DNA of 64,000 nt. Origin: Lama guanicoe (lineage: Eukaryota). The stretch spans positions 3,768,153 to 3,832,152 of the forward strand of contig MU055753.1 of assembly GCA_013239625.1 (NCBI GenBank). Reading direction: 5' to 3'. Each line of letters begins with the position of its first letter. Within the stretch, counting starts at the first letter, position 1. The notes below the pieces were generated by a model, which saw only the letters and a list, made by a program, of their open reading frames with translations, was not told the DNA's origin and did not search any database. The position numbers were made by a program, and so were the translations under genes. Below, piece after piece: positions 41,201 through 59,907 of this stretch.

Positions 41201-42881
41201 GCTCGTTTCCACATTTCCTTCTGTGCCTCTGCTGGATGGAGGCTAGGATTTTTGTCTTTCCCAAGAGAGCCTCAGCTCCCCTGTCTGGGGTGGGCCAGGA
41301 CATTGGGTCCCTGGGGCAGCTGAAAGCTGAGGGTTTGTGGTTCCATTGGGGGGGGTACCTGCAGAGGCTGCCAGGGACCTAGGACCCTGTGAGTGACCAG
41401 TGCCCACCTCTAGGTGGCGCAGACGTGGACCATGCTACGAATCATCTACTGTAGCCCTGGCCTAGTGCCTGCCACCAACCTCAACCACAGTGTGGGCAAG
41501 GGCAGCTCCTGCGGCCTGCCACTCATGAACAGGTAGACACCTGGGGGTGGCACTCCCTAGGGGGTAGGATTGCTGGAGTCCACCCACCTATTGACCCTCC
41601 CTCCCCCCAGTTTCAACTTGAAGGATATGGCCCCAGGGCTGGGCAGTGAGACGCGGCTGGACCGCAGCAAGGGTGACACACGGAGTGACACAGTGCTGCT
41701 GGACTCCTCAGCCACGCTCATCACCAATGAAGGTAGGCTAGAGGGCAGGCACAGAGCGTTCATGGGAGTGGGACTGGGGCGTGCCAGAGCAAGCCGGCCC
41801 TGGAATGCCCTCTCTCCCTCGGGCAGATAACGAGGAGACCGAGGGCAGCGATGTGCCTGCGGATTATCTGCTGGGCGATGTGGAGGGTGAGGAGGATGAG
41901 CTGTACCTCCTGGACCCAGAGCACGCACACTGTAAGTGAGGCTTGGGGAGGGGGAGGGGATGGGAGGCGGGGCCAGATACTCAGACCCTGTCTACCCCGC
42001 CCTGCACCACAGCCGAGGAGCCAGAGTACGTGCTGCCCCAGGAAGCCTTCCCGCTGCGCCACGAGATTGTGGACACCCCGCCCGGGCCTGAGCACCTGCA
42101 GGACAAGGCTGACTCGCCCCACGTGAGCGGCAGTGAGGCAGACGCAGCCTCCCTGGTGCCTATGGACTCCTCCTTTTCACTCATCTCTGTCTCGCACGCA
42201 CTGTACGACAGCCGCCTACCGCCTGACTTCTTCAGCGCCCTGGTGTGCGACATGCTGCGCTTCTATGCCGAGCAGGGTGACGTGCAGATGGCCGTATCCG
42301 TGCTCATCGTGCTGGGTGAACGTGTGCGCAAGGACATCGACGAGCAGACCCAGGTGGGTGATAGGGTCTAGGGGGCTTTCCTGGAGCAGCTGCTACCCCC
42401 AGGACTGCCCCTGTACGGTCCCCCTGCACCCATACCCGTGTCTGTGCCCAGCACAGTCTGGTGAGGCCCCTCAGTGCGCTTGCGACCCTGGCTTCCTACC
42501 TCCCTCCTCCCCTCCCCACACCACCAGGAGCACTGGTACACGTCCTACATCGACCTGCTGCAGCGCTTCTGCCTCTGGAACGTGTCCAACCAGGTGGTCA
42601 AGCTCAGCACCAGCCGCGCCATCAGCTGCCTCAACCAGGCCTCCACCACCCTGCACGTCAACTGCAGTCACTGCAAGCGGCCCATGAGCAGCCGGGGCTG
42701 GGTCTGCGACAGGTGCCACCGCTGCGCCAGCATGTGCGCCGTCTGCCACCACGTGGTCAAGGGTCTCTTCGTGTGGTGCCAGGGCTGCAGTCACGGCGGC
42801 CACCTGCAGCACATCATGAAGTGGCTGGAGGGCAGCTCCCACTGCCCTGCCGGCTGTGGCCACCTGTGCGAGTACTCCTGA
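38287..42881 (+). CDS. WDR24: WDR24, GATOR2 complex subunit, 8 coding exons, 790 aa
   Basis: Exons 38287-38767, 39883-40060, 40212-40884, 41414-41532, 41611-41732, 41827-41931, 42013-42353, 42528-42881 total 2373 nt. [20 protein letters not shown]..., WD40 repeats, C-terminal Zn/RING region CAVCHH...CSHGGHLQH...[18 protein letters not shown] at 42924-42929. Confidence 0.97.
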
Positions 42882-43171
42882 CCAGCCTGCCGGACCCGGA
42901 GGGGGGGTGGGGCTTATGAACCAAATAAAGGAAGCAGGAGCCGCAGTCTGGGGCTACCTGTCATCTGGTCGCGTCGCTTAAGGTCGGATCCCCGCGGGGG
43001 GTCTTGTCACCAAGTGAGCTGTCAGTAGCCAGTAGCTGCGTCTGGTGTGGCCTTCGTCCCGCCTTTCGGAAGTACCCCCTCCTTCCGGGGCGGGCCAAAG
43101 GAGGCCGCTTCCGGGAGCCGCGCCGTTGCCACGACGACGAAGTTCCCGGCATGCCTCGCGGCGGCGGGCTC

Positions 43172-44768
43172 ATGGCACCTGGGTTGCGACCACTTCTGCT
43201 GCTCGCGTTCTGGATGCTGGCGTCTTCCGCCCGTAGTCCCGCGGAGGCGAACGACGGAGGATGGTGAGCGGCGCTGGGCGGCCGGATAGAGCGGGGCGCG
43301 AGGCGGGACGGCCCGGGGCATTCACCGGTTGTGTCCGCAGGCCGCGGTATGGGCCGGGGGCACCGGTGGCCGTGGCGGAGGAGGAACGCTGCACGGTGGA
43401 GCGCCGAGTGGACCTCAGCTACGCCGAGTTCATGCAGCAGTATGTGCATCCTCCTGTGTGGCCACACCCAAGCCCGAAAACCATCCTTGGGGTTCCGTCA
43501 CCCTACACCGCTGAGGCCGTGCACTGGTCTGCTGGCCCGTAACCCCGTAACTCCCTAGGCTGCCTCTCCCAGAACTCATGCGAGCGCGCGTGGGCGGGAC
43601 GGTGGTAGGCGTGGACTAGCCCTGGCGGTGACCCTGCCCTTCTTTCTAGCTACGCCTTCTCCAGACCTGTCATTCTGCAAGGGCTCACAGACAACTCGGT
43701 GAGTGCTCACGCCTCTCTCGGCCACCTTTCGCCCTTGCTAGACCTGACCCCTAAGTCCTCTCCCTACTCCTGCAGAGGTTCCGGGTCCTGTGCTCCCGTG
43801 AAAGGCTACTGGCCTCTTTTGGGGACAGCGTGGTCCGGTTGAGTACTGCCAACACCTACTCCTACCGGAAAGGTGAGCTGCCCTACCCTGCAACCCAGCA
43901 TCGTGCTACCAGCACAAACCAGTCATGACCATCCCTTTTCACACTGCAGTGGATCTGCCCTTTCAGGAGTATGTGGAGCAGATGCTGCACCCTCAGGATC
44001 CCCTCTCCATGGGCAATGGTGAGCCAGATTAGGGTAGCATGGGATGATTTAGGATTGCCTAGGTGCCGAGATCCCTGCATTCTCCCATGTTCTCTCTGAC
44101 AGACACCCTGTACTTTTTCGGGGACAACAACTTCACTGAATGGGCATCACTCTTTCGGCACTACTCTCCACCTCCATTTGGTCTGCTAGGTACCACTCCT
44201 GCTTATAGCTTTGGAATTGCAGGTGAGTGTGCCTTTCAGGACCAGGAGACTTGGGGACTGGGCAGCCAGAGAGAAGGGGGAGAGGATTAAGCTTGGTAAC
44301 CAATTGTTCATAAATAACCCACAGGAGCCGGCTCTGGGGTGCCCTTCCACTGGCATGGTCCCGGGTTCTCGGAGGTGATCTACGGCCGCAAGGTCAGCAC
44401 AGGGTGGTGGCTGAGACTTTGGATTCACTGACCACAACACACAGAATAACCTTGCTGCTCCCATTCTCAGCGCTGGTTCCTGTACCCCCCTGAGAAGACA
44501 CCAGAGTTCCACCCCAACAAGACCACGCTGGCCTGGCTCCAGGACACATACCCGGCCTTGGCACCATCTGCACGGCCCCTGGAATGCACCATCCAGGCTG
44601 GTGAGGTCAGTGGCTGGCAGGCTGGAGCCAGGGTGGGCGCAACCAAGGGCCCCCAGCCAATCCCTGTGCCCTCCCATCCTCCACCAGGTGCTGTACTTCC
44701 CTGACCGGTGGTGGCATGCCACACTCAACCTCGACACCAGTGTCTTCATCTCTACCTTCCTCAGTTAG
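43172..44768 (+). CDS. JMJD8: JMJD8 JmjC-domain protein with signal peptide, 9 exons, about 269 aa (an in-frame upstream ATG exists at 43151)
   Basis: Exons 43172-43263, 43341-43439, 43650-43698, 43776-43872, 43950-44018, 44103-44222, 44325-44392, 44471-44605, 44688-44768 total 810 nt. Motifs GSGVPFHWHGPG, GRKRWFLYPP, GEVLYFPDRWWHATLNL. Confidence 0.95.
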
Positions 44769-45071
44769 CCAAAGGAAGGGGGTAGCTGGCGAACCTGTTG
44801 CACACCAGCACACGCCCCTATAGTGCTCACAGATTTTATTACAGGGACAGTGGTGGCAGCAGCAGCCTCAGCCCCTCACCCACTATTTCTGGTCTATAAG
44901 AGGGATGAGTGGAGACTCATGGCCCAGAACTGATGGGGGTGGGATGGGGACACCAGCGCAGAGATCCAGGGACATAAACTATGTACAGAGGCTAAAGGCT
45001 ACTGCCCTAAGGCCCTACTGTGCCAGGGTACCAGGCAAGGCAGGGTGAGTGACCCATGCATTTGCCCTGCC

Positions 45072-47007
<1,936 letters not shown>

Positions 47008-47163
47008 NNNNNNNNNNNNNNNNNNNNNNNNNNNNNNNNNNNNNNNNNNNNNNNNNNNNNNNNNNNNNNNNNNNNNNNNNNNNNNNNNNNNNNNNNNNNN
47101 NNNNNNNNNNNNNNNNNNNNNNNNNNNNNNNNNNNNNNNNNNNNNNNNNNNNNNNNNNNNNNN

Positions 47164-47442
47164 GGCCCGCCCTGCGCCCGCAGCCCGAGCCCGCGATCCG
47201 CTCGGGCCCGGCCCAGCACTCAGCCACCGGAACTTCCGGTCGCGCGGGTGGGCGGGGACAGAGGGGTGGGCGGGGCCGCGCGTGCACCCGAAGCACGTCG
47301 GAGGCGGGGCAGGCAGGGAGTACGCACTCAAAACAACACCACGCGCGGCATCTAAATCTGAGAAGCCCGGAGTTGGTCCTGACTGAATCCCGCCCGGGCG
47401 CTCCAACGCCGCACCTCCGAGGCCCCGCCTCGGCGCGTAGAC
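47164..47442. promoter_or_regulatory. Bidirectional CpG-island promoter between STUB1 (-) and the unnamed HhH gene (+)
   Basis: CpG-rich, with a palindromic ETS pair CCGGAACTTCCGG near 47227 and several GGGCGGGG boxes. The two genes diverge from it within a few hundred bp. Confidence 0.75.
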
Positions 47443-48611
47443 ATGGCGGAGTCCTGTGGGCTTTGGGACTGTGAGGACCCGAGCCGCTGGGCCGCTGTCC
47501 TGAAGCGCCACCCGGAGGTGCTGCGGACGCGCGCGGGCCCTCGGGGACGGTTGGAAGCCCTGGACAGATGGTAGGGCTGTGGAAGGATCGGGCGGGCGGG
47601 AGACTTTCTTTGTCCGGACTCCCCGTCACCGCCCTTCCCCAGGTATCGAGAGGAGTTGCCTGCGGCCATCAAGGGCCGAGTAGAGAAGCACGTGACACGA
47701 GATGACCTGGAGCAGTTGCTGGCGTGGAAACTGGCAGTGAGGCGCTTCCCACGTGGGGGGTGGAGTCTCCTCCAGGGGCGGGGCACAGCCTCGTGGGCGT
47801 GACTTCCTTCTGGGCGGGCCCTCCTCCTTGAGGTGGACCCTCGCGGCGTGGGCGTGGCTTCCTCCTGGGAGCCGAGACCCCGACGAGGTCTACCAACCCT
47901 GAACCCTGACACGACCTGGCCACAGAGGGGCCTTTTCCGGCCGCGCCTGCAGCAACTCGTGACCGTCAACTCCCCGGAGCTGGTGGTGCAGCGTTCGGCC
48001 GCCGCTTTCCGCCTCCTGCCAGACATGCATGCAGCGGTCATGGAATTGTGCGCTCTCCAGGGTGTGGGCCCCACTACTGCCTCGGGTTAGTCGGGAGACC
48101 TGGGCACGCCGGCGGGGTTTAGGGCGGGACCTGGCCTATTAGCGTCCTTATCTGTGAAGTTGCCTAACGGCTACGCACATGACACCACACCGAGATCATT
48201 GGTAAGGGTGGCCCCAGGCTGAGTCTGTCCTGGGACTGATGGGGCCTGAATGCTGGCCCTTCACTGCCCGCAGCGATCCTGGCTGCTGGAGCTCCCGAGG
48301 TGGCCGCTTTCATGTCTGAGGAGGCAGTGGCCGCAGTGCCTGGCTTGCCAGCCCTGCAGTACACTCTCAAGCACTATCTGCTGTACTTGGGCAGGGTGCA
48401 AGAGCGTGCCACAGCCCTGAGCCGAGGTGAGGAGACTGACGATGGTGGCCAGGGAGGGCATCCAGGACCCTGGTCAGGGTAGAGTGTGCACAGCTATCCA
48501 GCAGGGTAGGGTGGCCAGGGCCCCAGAGACCCAGACTCCCTCCGCTCCTCCCTAGGCAGGGCCTCAGGGCTGTGGACCCCTCACCACGTGGAGACAGCAC
48601 TGTGGACATAG
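47443..48611 (+). CDS. Unnamed helix-hairpin-helix, DNA-glycosylase-like protein (Amun/zgc:112496-like); 196 aa to the in-frame TAG, 232 aa if read to the TAA at 48719
   Basis: Strong Kozak gacATGG. Exons 47443-47570, 47643-47736, 47926-48085, 48274-48426, 48556 onward, all GT-AG with compatible phases. Peptide includes LEALDRWYREELP, LLAWKLARGLFRPRLQQLV, ELCALQGVGPTTASAIL, FMSEEA, LQYTLKHY, WTPHHVETALW. AATAAA at 48824-48829. Confidence 0.85.
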
Positions 48612-49352
48612 GCTATGGGGCAGAAGCTGTGCCCTGATCTACTGCCTGATCTCAGTCCCAGCCCAGCCACCCCCGACAACACCAGGCCAGCCAAGAAGCG
48701 CAGGACCCAGGCGGACTAACTTGGCTGTGGCCCAGAACCTGCTCACCTGCCATATGACCTTAGGCTGCAAGTGTCTCTGGACAGCAGGCTGGCAGAGCAG
48801 GAGGCTGGCTGCTGCAGAAGCTCAATAAATGCTTATTGTACTCACATGTGATCCTGAGGCCCACAACTCTCCCCAGGGGCTCCCACCTCCCACACAGAGG
48901 TACCTCCTGCCAGATGCAGAGGATCAAGGTGGGGGAGCCCATGCTGCCCACATGGAGGGAAGGGCCCTCACAATTTGTTTAGCCAGTGGGGAGAGCCCAG
49001 ATCAGCCCCCAAAGTACCAGTACAGGTCCCTGATGCTGTGTAAAATATTTATTCATTCTCCAAAAAGGCTCAGACTGCAACTCTTGGAGGAGAGGCTGGG
49101 CACAGTCTCCTCTGGGGCCACCCTTGGGGACCCCCAACACACAGCCCAGTCCAGCAGTCCTTCCCCCCAGGCCTGGGAGGGGGCAGCCAGGGCTGATGTA
49201 AGGCTTGGCCTGGACTTGGCCACTGGGGCCACCTGACCCCGCGGGGAAGAAGTAGCCTCCAGACGTACATTCACAGAGGGTGGACATGCAGACCTGCCTG
49301 GTGGCTGGCCCACAGATGCTGCACCCTGGCTATTGTGGCCCTGGGGATCCTG

Positions 49353-51584
49353 TCAGGGTGGCGGGGGGACATGGGCACCCAGCAGGTCATAGGCGAAGAC
49401 GTTCCAGAAGATGGCGAAGAGCAGGAACGTGCCATAGGCAAGCAGCACCACCCACCAGCCACACTGGTCCCGCAGGCGCTCCTCGTAGCTGCGCAGGATG
49501 GTCAGGCCCATGCTGACACCCACCACTGCACCCGCTAGGTGTGCCATGAAGCTCGGTTGCGGGCCAGAGGCAGGCAGTGGCGGGGAGAAGCGCAGCCACA
49601 CAGCCCGGCCCACCTCGGAGCTCACTGCAGAGGGAGGCAGCAGGTGAGAGATGCCCTAGCAGTAGGCTGAGGCCCACCCCCCGGGCCCTCTACTTACTGC
49701 ACACCAGGGCCAGCACCATCCTTAGCAGCTTGTAGGGACACCTCATCCCAGCCCAGTTCTGAGAGAGCGTGAATAAGAAAAGCTGCGAGGCAGGCCTTGT
49801 GGACCCCTCCCCGCCCGCCGCTGGGGCTGCCCCATTACCATGACGACATTGGCCAGGTGTGCGGAGCACAGGGCGTAGACCCCGCCGGAGCCCCCCACCA
49901 CAGGGGCCCGCATGTCAGTAATGGAGACGGTCAAGGAACCTGTATGAGCAAGGGGAGAGCTGTGAGGTGAGGCCTGCCAGTGAGGTGCCCAGGGTGCATG
50001 TGCCTGCCTCACCTGCCAGCACACCCGCCAGGTAGAGAAGGCTGATACGGAGCAGGCCGTGTACCATCTCCAGGGGCACCCCGATCATCAGCTGCAGGAG
50101 CGCATTGAACCCCAGCTGCTCTAGCCTGGTTGTGTGGGGGCAAACAGGTACGAAGGGTGAAGTCCCCCTGCCCCCACCTCAAGGGGCCAAGCCCTCCTGA
50201 TTCAATCTGAGGGGTGCCGGGGTGGGAAGCCCACTCACCCAACATGCATGAACATGTAGGTGACGAAGCGCCAGGCTCGAGCACGGTGGCCGGGGTGGTA
50301 CACAAGGGGGCTCTTCATGTACTCGGGGTGGTAGGTCTGCAGCACCCACTTGTTGAAACGGGCCCCGTAGCACAGGAACACAATGATCTGGAGGGCGACA
50401 AGCATTAAGGCCAGGCAGGGCCAGGGATGCTGGATGGAGGCTCCCCAGGGCAGGGTGGGGGCGGTGGGCAAGCAGGCCCACCTGAGCTAGGGTGACCGAG
50501 GCCATAAACACTGGGGGTGGGCAGCTGCGGTGCCGGTAGAAGTACCAGTGGCGGTCCACCTCTCGGGGCAGGATCTCGTAGGCCACGTAGCGGACAAACC
50601 GCTTGTAGACACCCAGGCCCGGCTCGTCCAGCAGCCCATCCCGGGGCAGTGCCCGCTGTCCGTTGGCGATGGCCCGCTTGAAGCTGCTTGAGCGCTTGCT
50701 GCTGATCTGGGGGGGTGGGGCCTAGGCATATAGGCCACCATATTCCCCCCATGGCTGCCCTGCCTAAGTGGTCCACCCCTTTCCTCACAGGGTCTGAGGC
50801 CCTGCCCCACGTCTACAGCCCTCCCAAGTGGGAAGGGCAGGGAGGAGGGGCCGCCTGCCCATCCCACTCCAGCCAGGGCACTGTGCCTGCTAAGGCCTGG
50901 GCCCCCAACCCAGCTGCCCAGCCCCCGTGCACTGACCAGGTCCACCAGCTCCTGGTAGCAGACCTGGCCCCGCTCGTTGCTCTGGGCCAGAGCCACCAGC
51001 ATGTCCAGCTTGGCAGGGTCCAGGGGCAGCTCATGGCTATGCACCAGGCCAGTGAAGGTGTCCGCACCGATGAAGCCTGTATTTTCAGGGTCCAGCTGCT
51101 GGGGTTGGGGCAGGGTGGGGGCAGTGGCCAAGGCCTGAGGGTGGGCCCAGCCCCTAGACCACAGGGCTGGACCAGGTCAGCTGGGAGAGGCAGGTTCCAA
51201 GCACCTTCAGTCCAAGCCCCTGTGCCCACATGGTCACAGAAGCTCTGGACACTGGTGCCTGGGACCCAGGCCTCCAGCTTCTCCAGCTGTCTCCCCACCT
51301 CATTTCTGCCCTGCCCATCTTGGAAGGGTAGGGCCAAGGTCTGAGGACAACCACCCTCCCTCCCGCCCTTCACCCATCGCCGTGGTCTGGCTCGCCCTTT
51401 TCTGGGGTCTCAGGCAAGGGACCAAGGTCGTGCAGGGAGAAGACTGAGCTGAGGGTCTCTGGGAGTTCCGTACCCCACAGCCCACCCAAGGGCGGAAGGC
51501 CAAGTCGGGGGCGGTGCCGGCGCCCCACCCCCACCCCCCACGCACCTGTTCCTGGATAAGCTGCAGCAGCGAGCTCCTATCCAT
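49353..51584 (-). CDS. RHBDL1: RHBDL1 rhomboid intramembrane serine protease, 8 exons, 373 aa
   Basis: Exons 51584-51546, 51098-50937, 50706-50482, 50387-50239, 50125-50013, 49939-49839, 49758-49698, 49624-49353 total 1122 nt. WR motif [11 protein letters not shown], catalytic GGSGG, FMAHLAG. Minus-strand AATAAA at 49048-49053. Confidence 0.96.
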
Positions 51585-53461
51585 AGAGCCAGGCCGGGCC
51601 GGGGACCGGGGACCGGGGGCCGGGGTCGGCGGCCGCGGCCGGGAGGGGCTGCTCTGCGGACGACTCCGCTCCGCCCCGGCCCTCCGGCTCCGCCCGCTCC
51701 GCTCAGCGCCGCGTCACGGAGCCGCCCGCCCCCGCCGCACACGGCGCTGCCGCCGGCCCAGCCACACGCGCACCCCCCCACTCGGACGTGCCCCCAAAAG
51801 AAGGGCGCGGGTCGCCGAGTTCCCACCCTGATCAGCGAGCGCTGCGTGCAGGCACCCCTAGGCCGCAGCGGGGAAACTGAGTCATGAGCGGCTCGCAGGC
51901 CCCTACCGCGCACACCCCTTGGTCTCGAGCTGGGGCCGCGGCGCCGACACCATCCCCACCGGGAAGTTTTCAGGGAACAGCCCACAGCTGGGACTCCCCA
52001 GGCAGGGGCTCCTTGAAGGCGCCTCTCTGCAAGACAGGCTCGCCTGTCCTGCTAGTAAGACGGCAACACGGCCCTAGCCCTCCCCAGGGTGCGCTGAAGC
52101 CAACAGGGCTACTAGCAGGGAAGGGGGAAGGTCCTTGCAGCTGCCTCTGCTCAACGGGTGGACACCAACCCATAGCACACACTTCAGGCTAGAGGTTCCT
52201 GATCGCTCCTGTGGCCACAATACTGAAGAGCCCCCAACGGACAAGACTGCAGCGGGGATGAGAAGCCCTACTTCTTGGGGAGGGCAGGAAAGTGACCGAC
52301 TCTGGGAACGTGCAACCATAGCAACCCCTACCAGGGCCACTCATAACCGTGATGCAGCTGGGCCTCAGGATAGTCGCAGCAGCTAGAAATAGCATCCTGC
52401 CCTGTCCTGAACGGAGGATCTCTGGCCATTGGAATTGGGAAGCTGGTTGGATGGTTGAGGTAACTTCAGGGCCTGACCCCAGCTCCTACTGGGTCAGGCA
52501 CGAGCATCCCTACCAGGTGGGCTGTTCCTCAACCTCTATAAACGGCATACATATCAAGCTGGGGGAGGAGCCCTGGACTGCAAGCCTGCCTTGCACAGGA
52601 AGCACAGTATGTGGAGGGGCAGTTGTGGAGCCAAGGTCTTCCACCTGGACACACCATGGGCTGACTCTGCTCACCAGAGAGAACACCTGAACAGCAAGTG
52701 CCAAAGACTAACCCTAAGATGAGCCCCCTCCTCAGGCCAGGAAAGTTCTGTCCCTTCTCCTCACGCTGGAGCTCTTTGGCTGTCTTCTGCCCAATGGGAG
52801 AGGCAGAGACCTCTGGGTGGGGAATGAGGAATGGGGCAGCTCCCCCAGGTCAGGGCCACCTTACACATCTCAGAACCCCAAATCCTCAACACAATTCAAA
52901 CTGACAGGATGCTGAGATTTGGGGAGTGGGCACACCTGGGGAGGATTCACATCAGAACGACCTCAGGTATCAGGCCCCCTCCAGCCTCTTATCCTCAGGC
53001 CAGCATGGACCTCACTGAATGTAAAGGCTCTGAGGCTGCAGCTGGGCCATAATTGACCCTTACCCTGGCCTGAGGCCTCAGGATGGTAACCCAAAACCAG
53101 AAGGGAGGGGTGTGGCCAGGAGTAACATTTCCAGCCCACATCCAGACCAAGGACATGTTTTAGTTGATTTAANNNNNNNNNNNNNNNNNNNNNNNNNNNN
53201 NNNNNNNNNNNNNNNNNNNNNNNNNNNNNNNNNNNNNNNNNNNNNNNNNNNNNNNNNNNNNNNNNNNNNNNNNNNNNNNNNNNNNNNNNNNNNNNNNNNN
53301 NNNNNNNNNNNNNNNNNNNNNNNNNNNNNNNNNNNNNNNNNNNNNNNNNNNNNNNNNNNNNNNNNNNNNNNNNNNNNNNNNNNNNNNNNNNNNNNNNNNN
53401 NNNNNNNNNNNNNNNNNNNNNNNNNNNNNNNNNNNNNNNNNNNNNNNNNNNNNNNNNNNNN

Positions 53462-54011
53462 CCGGAGGAAAATATAATTCAAAGACACATGCACCCCAAT
53501 ATTCACAGAAGCACTATTTACAAGAGTCAAGACATGGAAACCACCCAAATGTCCACTGACAGCTGACTGGATGGATATGGTATACATATACTATGGAATA
53601 CTATTCAGCCATAAAAAGAATAAAATAATGCATTTGCAGTAACATAGATGGACCTGGAGACCGTCATTCTAAGTGAAGTAAACCAGAAAGAAAAAGAAAA
53701 ATACCATATGATATCGCTTATATGTGAAATCTAAAAAAGACACAAATGAATTTATCTGCAAAACAGAAACAAATTCACAGACATAGAACAAATTTATGGT
53801 TACCAGGGGGTAAAGGGGGTGGGAAGGGATAAATTGGGAATTCGAAATTTGCACCTTCGGGGAGTGATGGAAATGTGAGCTATATTGATTGTGGTGGTGG
53901 TTTCACTGGTATACGTGCATCTATCAAAATTCATCTATCGTACATCTGAAATATGTGTACTTTACTGTATAGGAATCATACTATAATAAAGGTGTTAAAA
54001 AGAAAAAAAAA
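53462..54011 (+). mobile_element. LINE-1 3' portion (ORF2 end and 3'UTR) joined to an older L1M-like tail with an A-rich end
   Basis: Text aaagacacatgcaccccaatattcacagaagcactatttaca...atggaatactattcagccataaaaagaat...gacctggagaccgtcattctaagtgaagtaa...gggaagggataaattgggaattcg. AATAAA and an A-tract near 53985-54011; an N-gap lies on its 5' side. Confidence 0.9.
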
Positions 54012-54542
54012 TCATCTTCAGAAAGTAGGACCCAAGATGGAAAAGACACAAGTGAAGTTTAATCAGGAAACCCAATCTCTTTTGTCTTCTGTAAGGGGCA
54101 CAGCCCTGGACCTGTCTTCAGATGGGGGGAAGGGGAAGGGCACAATGGTCCAGCCACTTCTTGTCCCCACCCCCTGCCTTTGGCCCAAAGCTCTGCCTTC
54201 TTACCCCCTTCACATATACTGGCCACCTGGGACCAGGAAGGAGGAGTAGAGCCCTGAGAATTCTGCTCTGGGGTCACTGGCTTTTTCACCCATGCCCCAC
54301 AGTCCCTCTAATACAAGAAGCCCACAAAGGAGGGCAATGCCCGGCATCTGCAGTGGGACAGGACACAGGGTTCTGGGTCCCGAGGACCCAGTCTTGCTGC
54401 TCCGGCAGAGGCATGGCAGGGAGAAGACTGTCCTCAGAAGGAAAGCTGAGACAGAAAGAAGCCACCCACTCCCCACCCCAAGCAGGTGGCCCCACACCAG
54501 CACCCTGTGGGCCCTGATATCAGACCAGGGGGTCCTGGGGAC

Positions 54543-59907
<5,365 letters not shown>

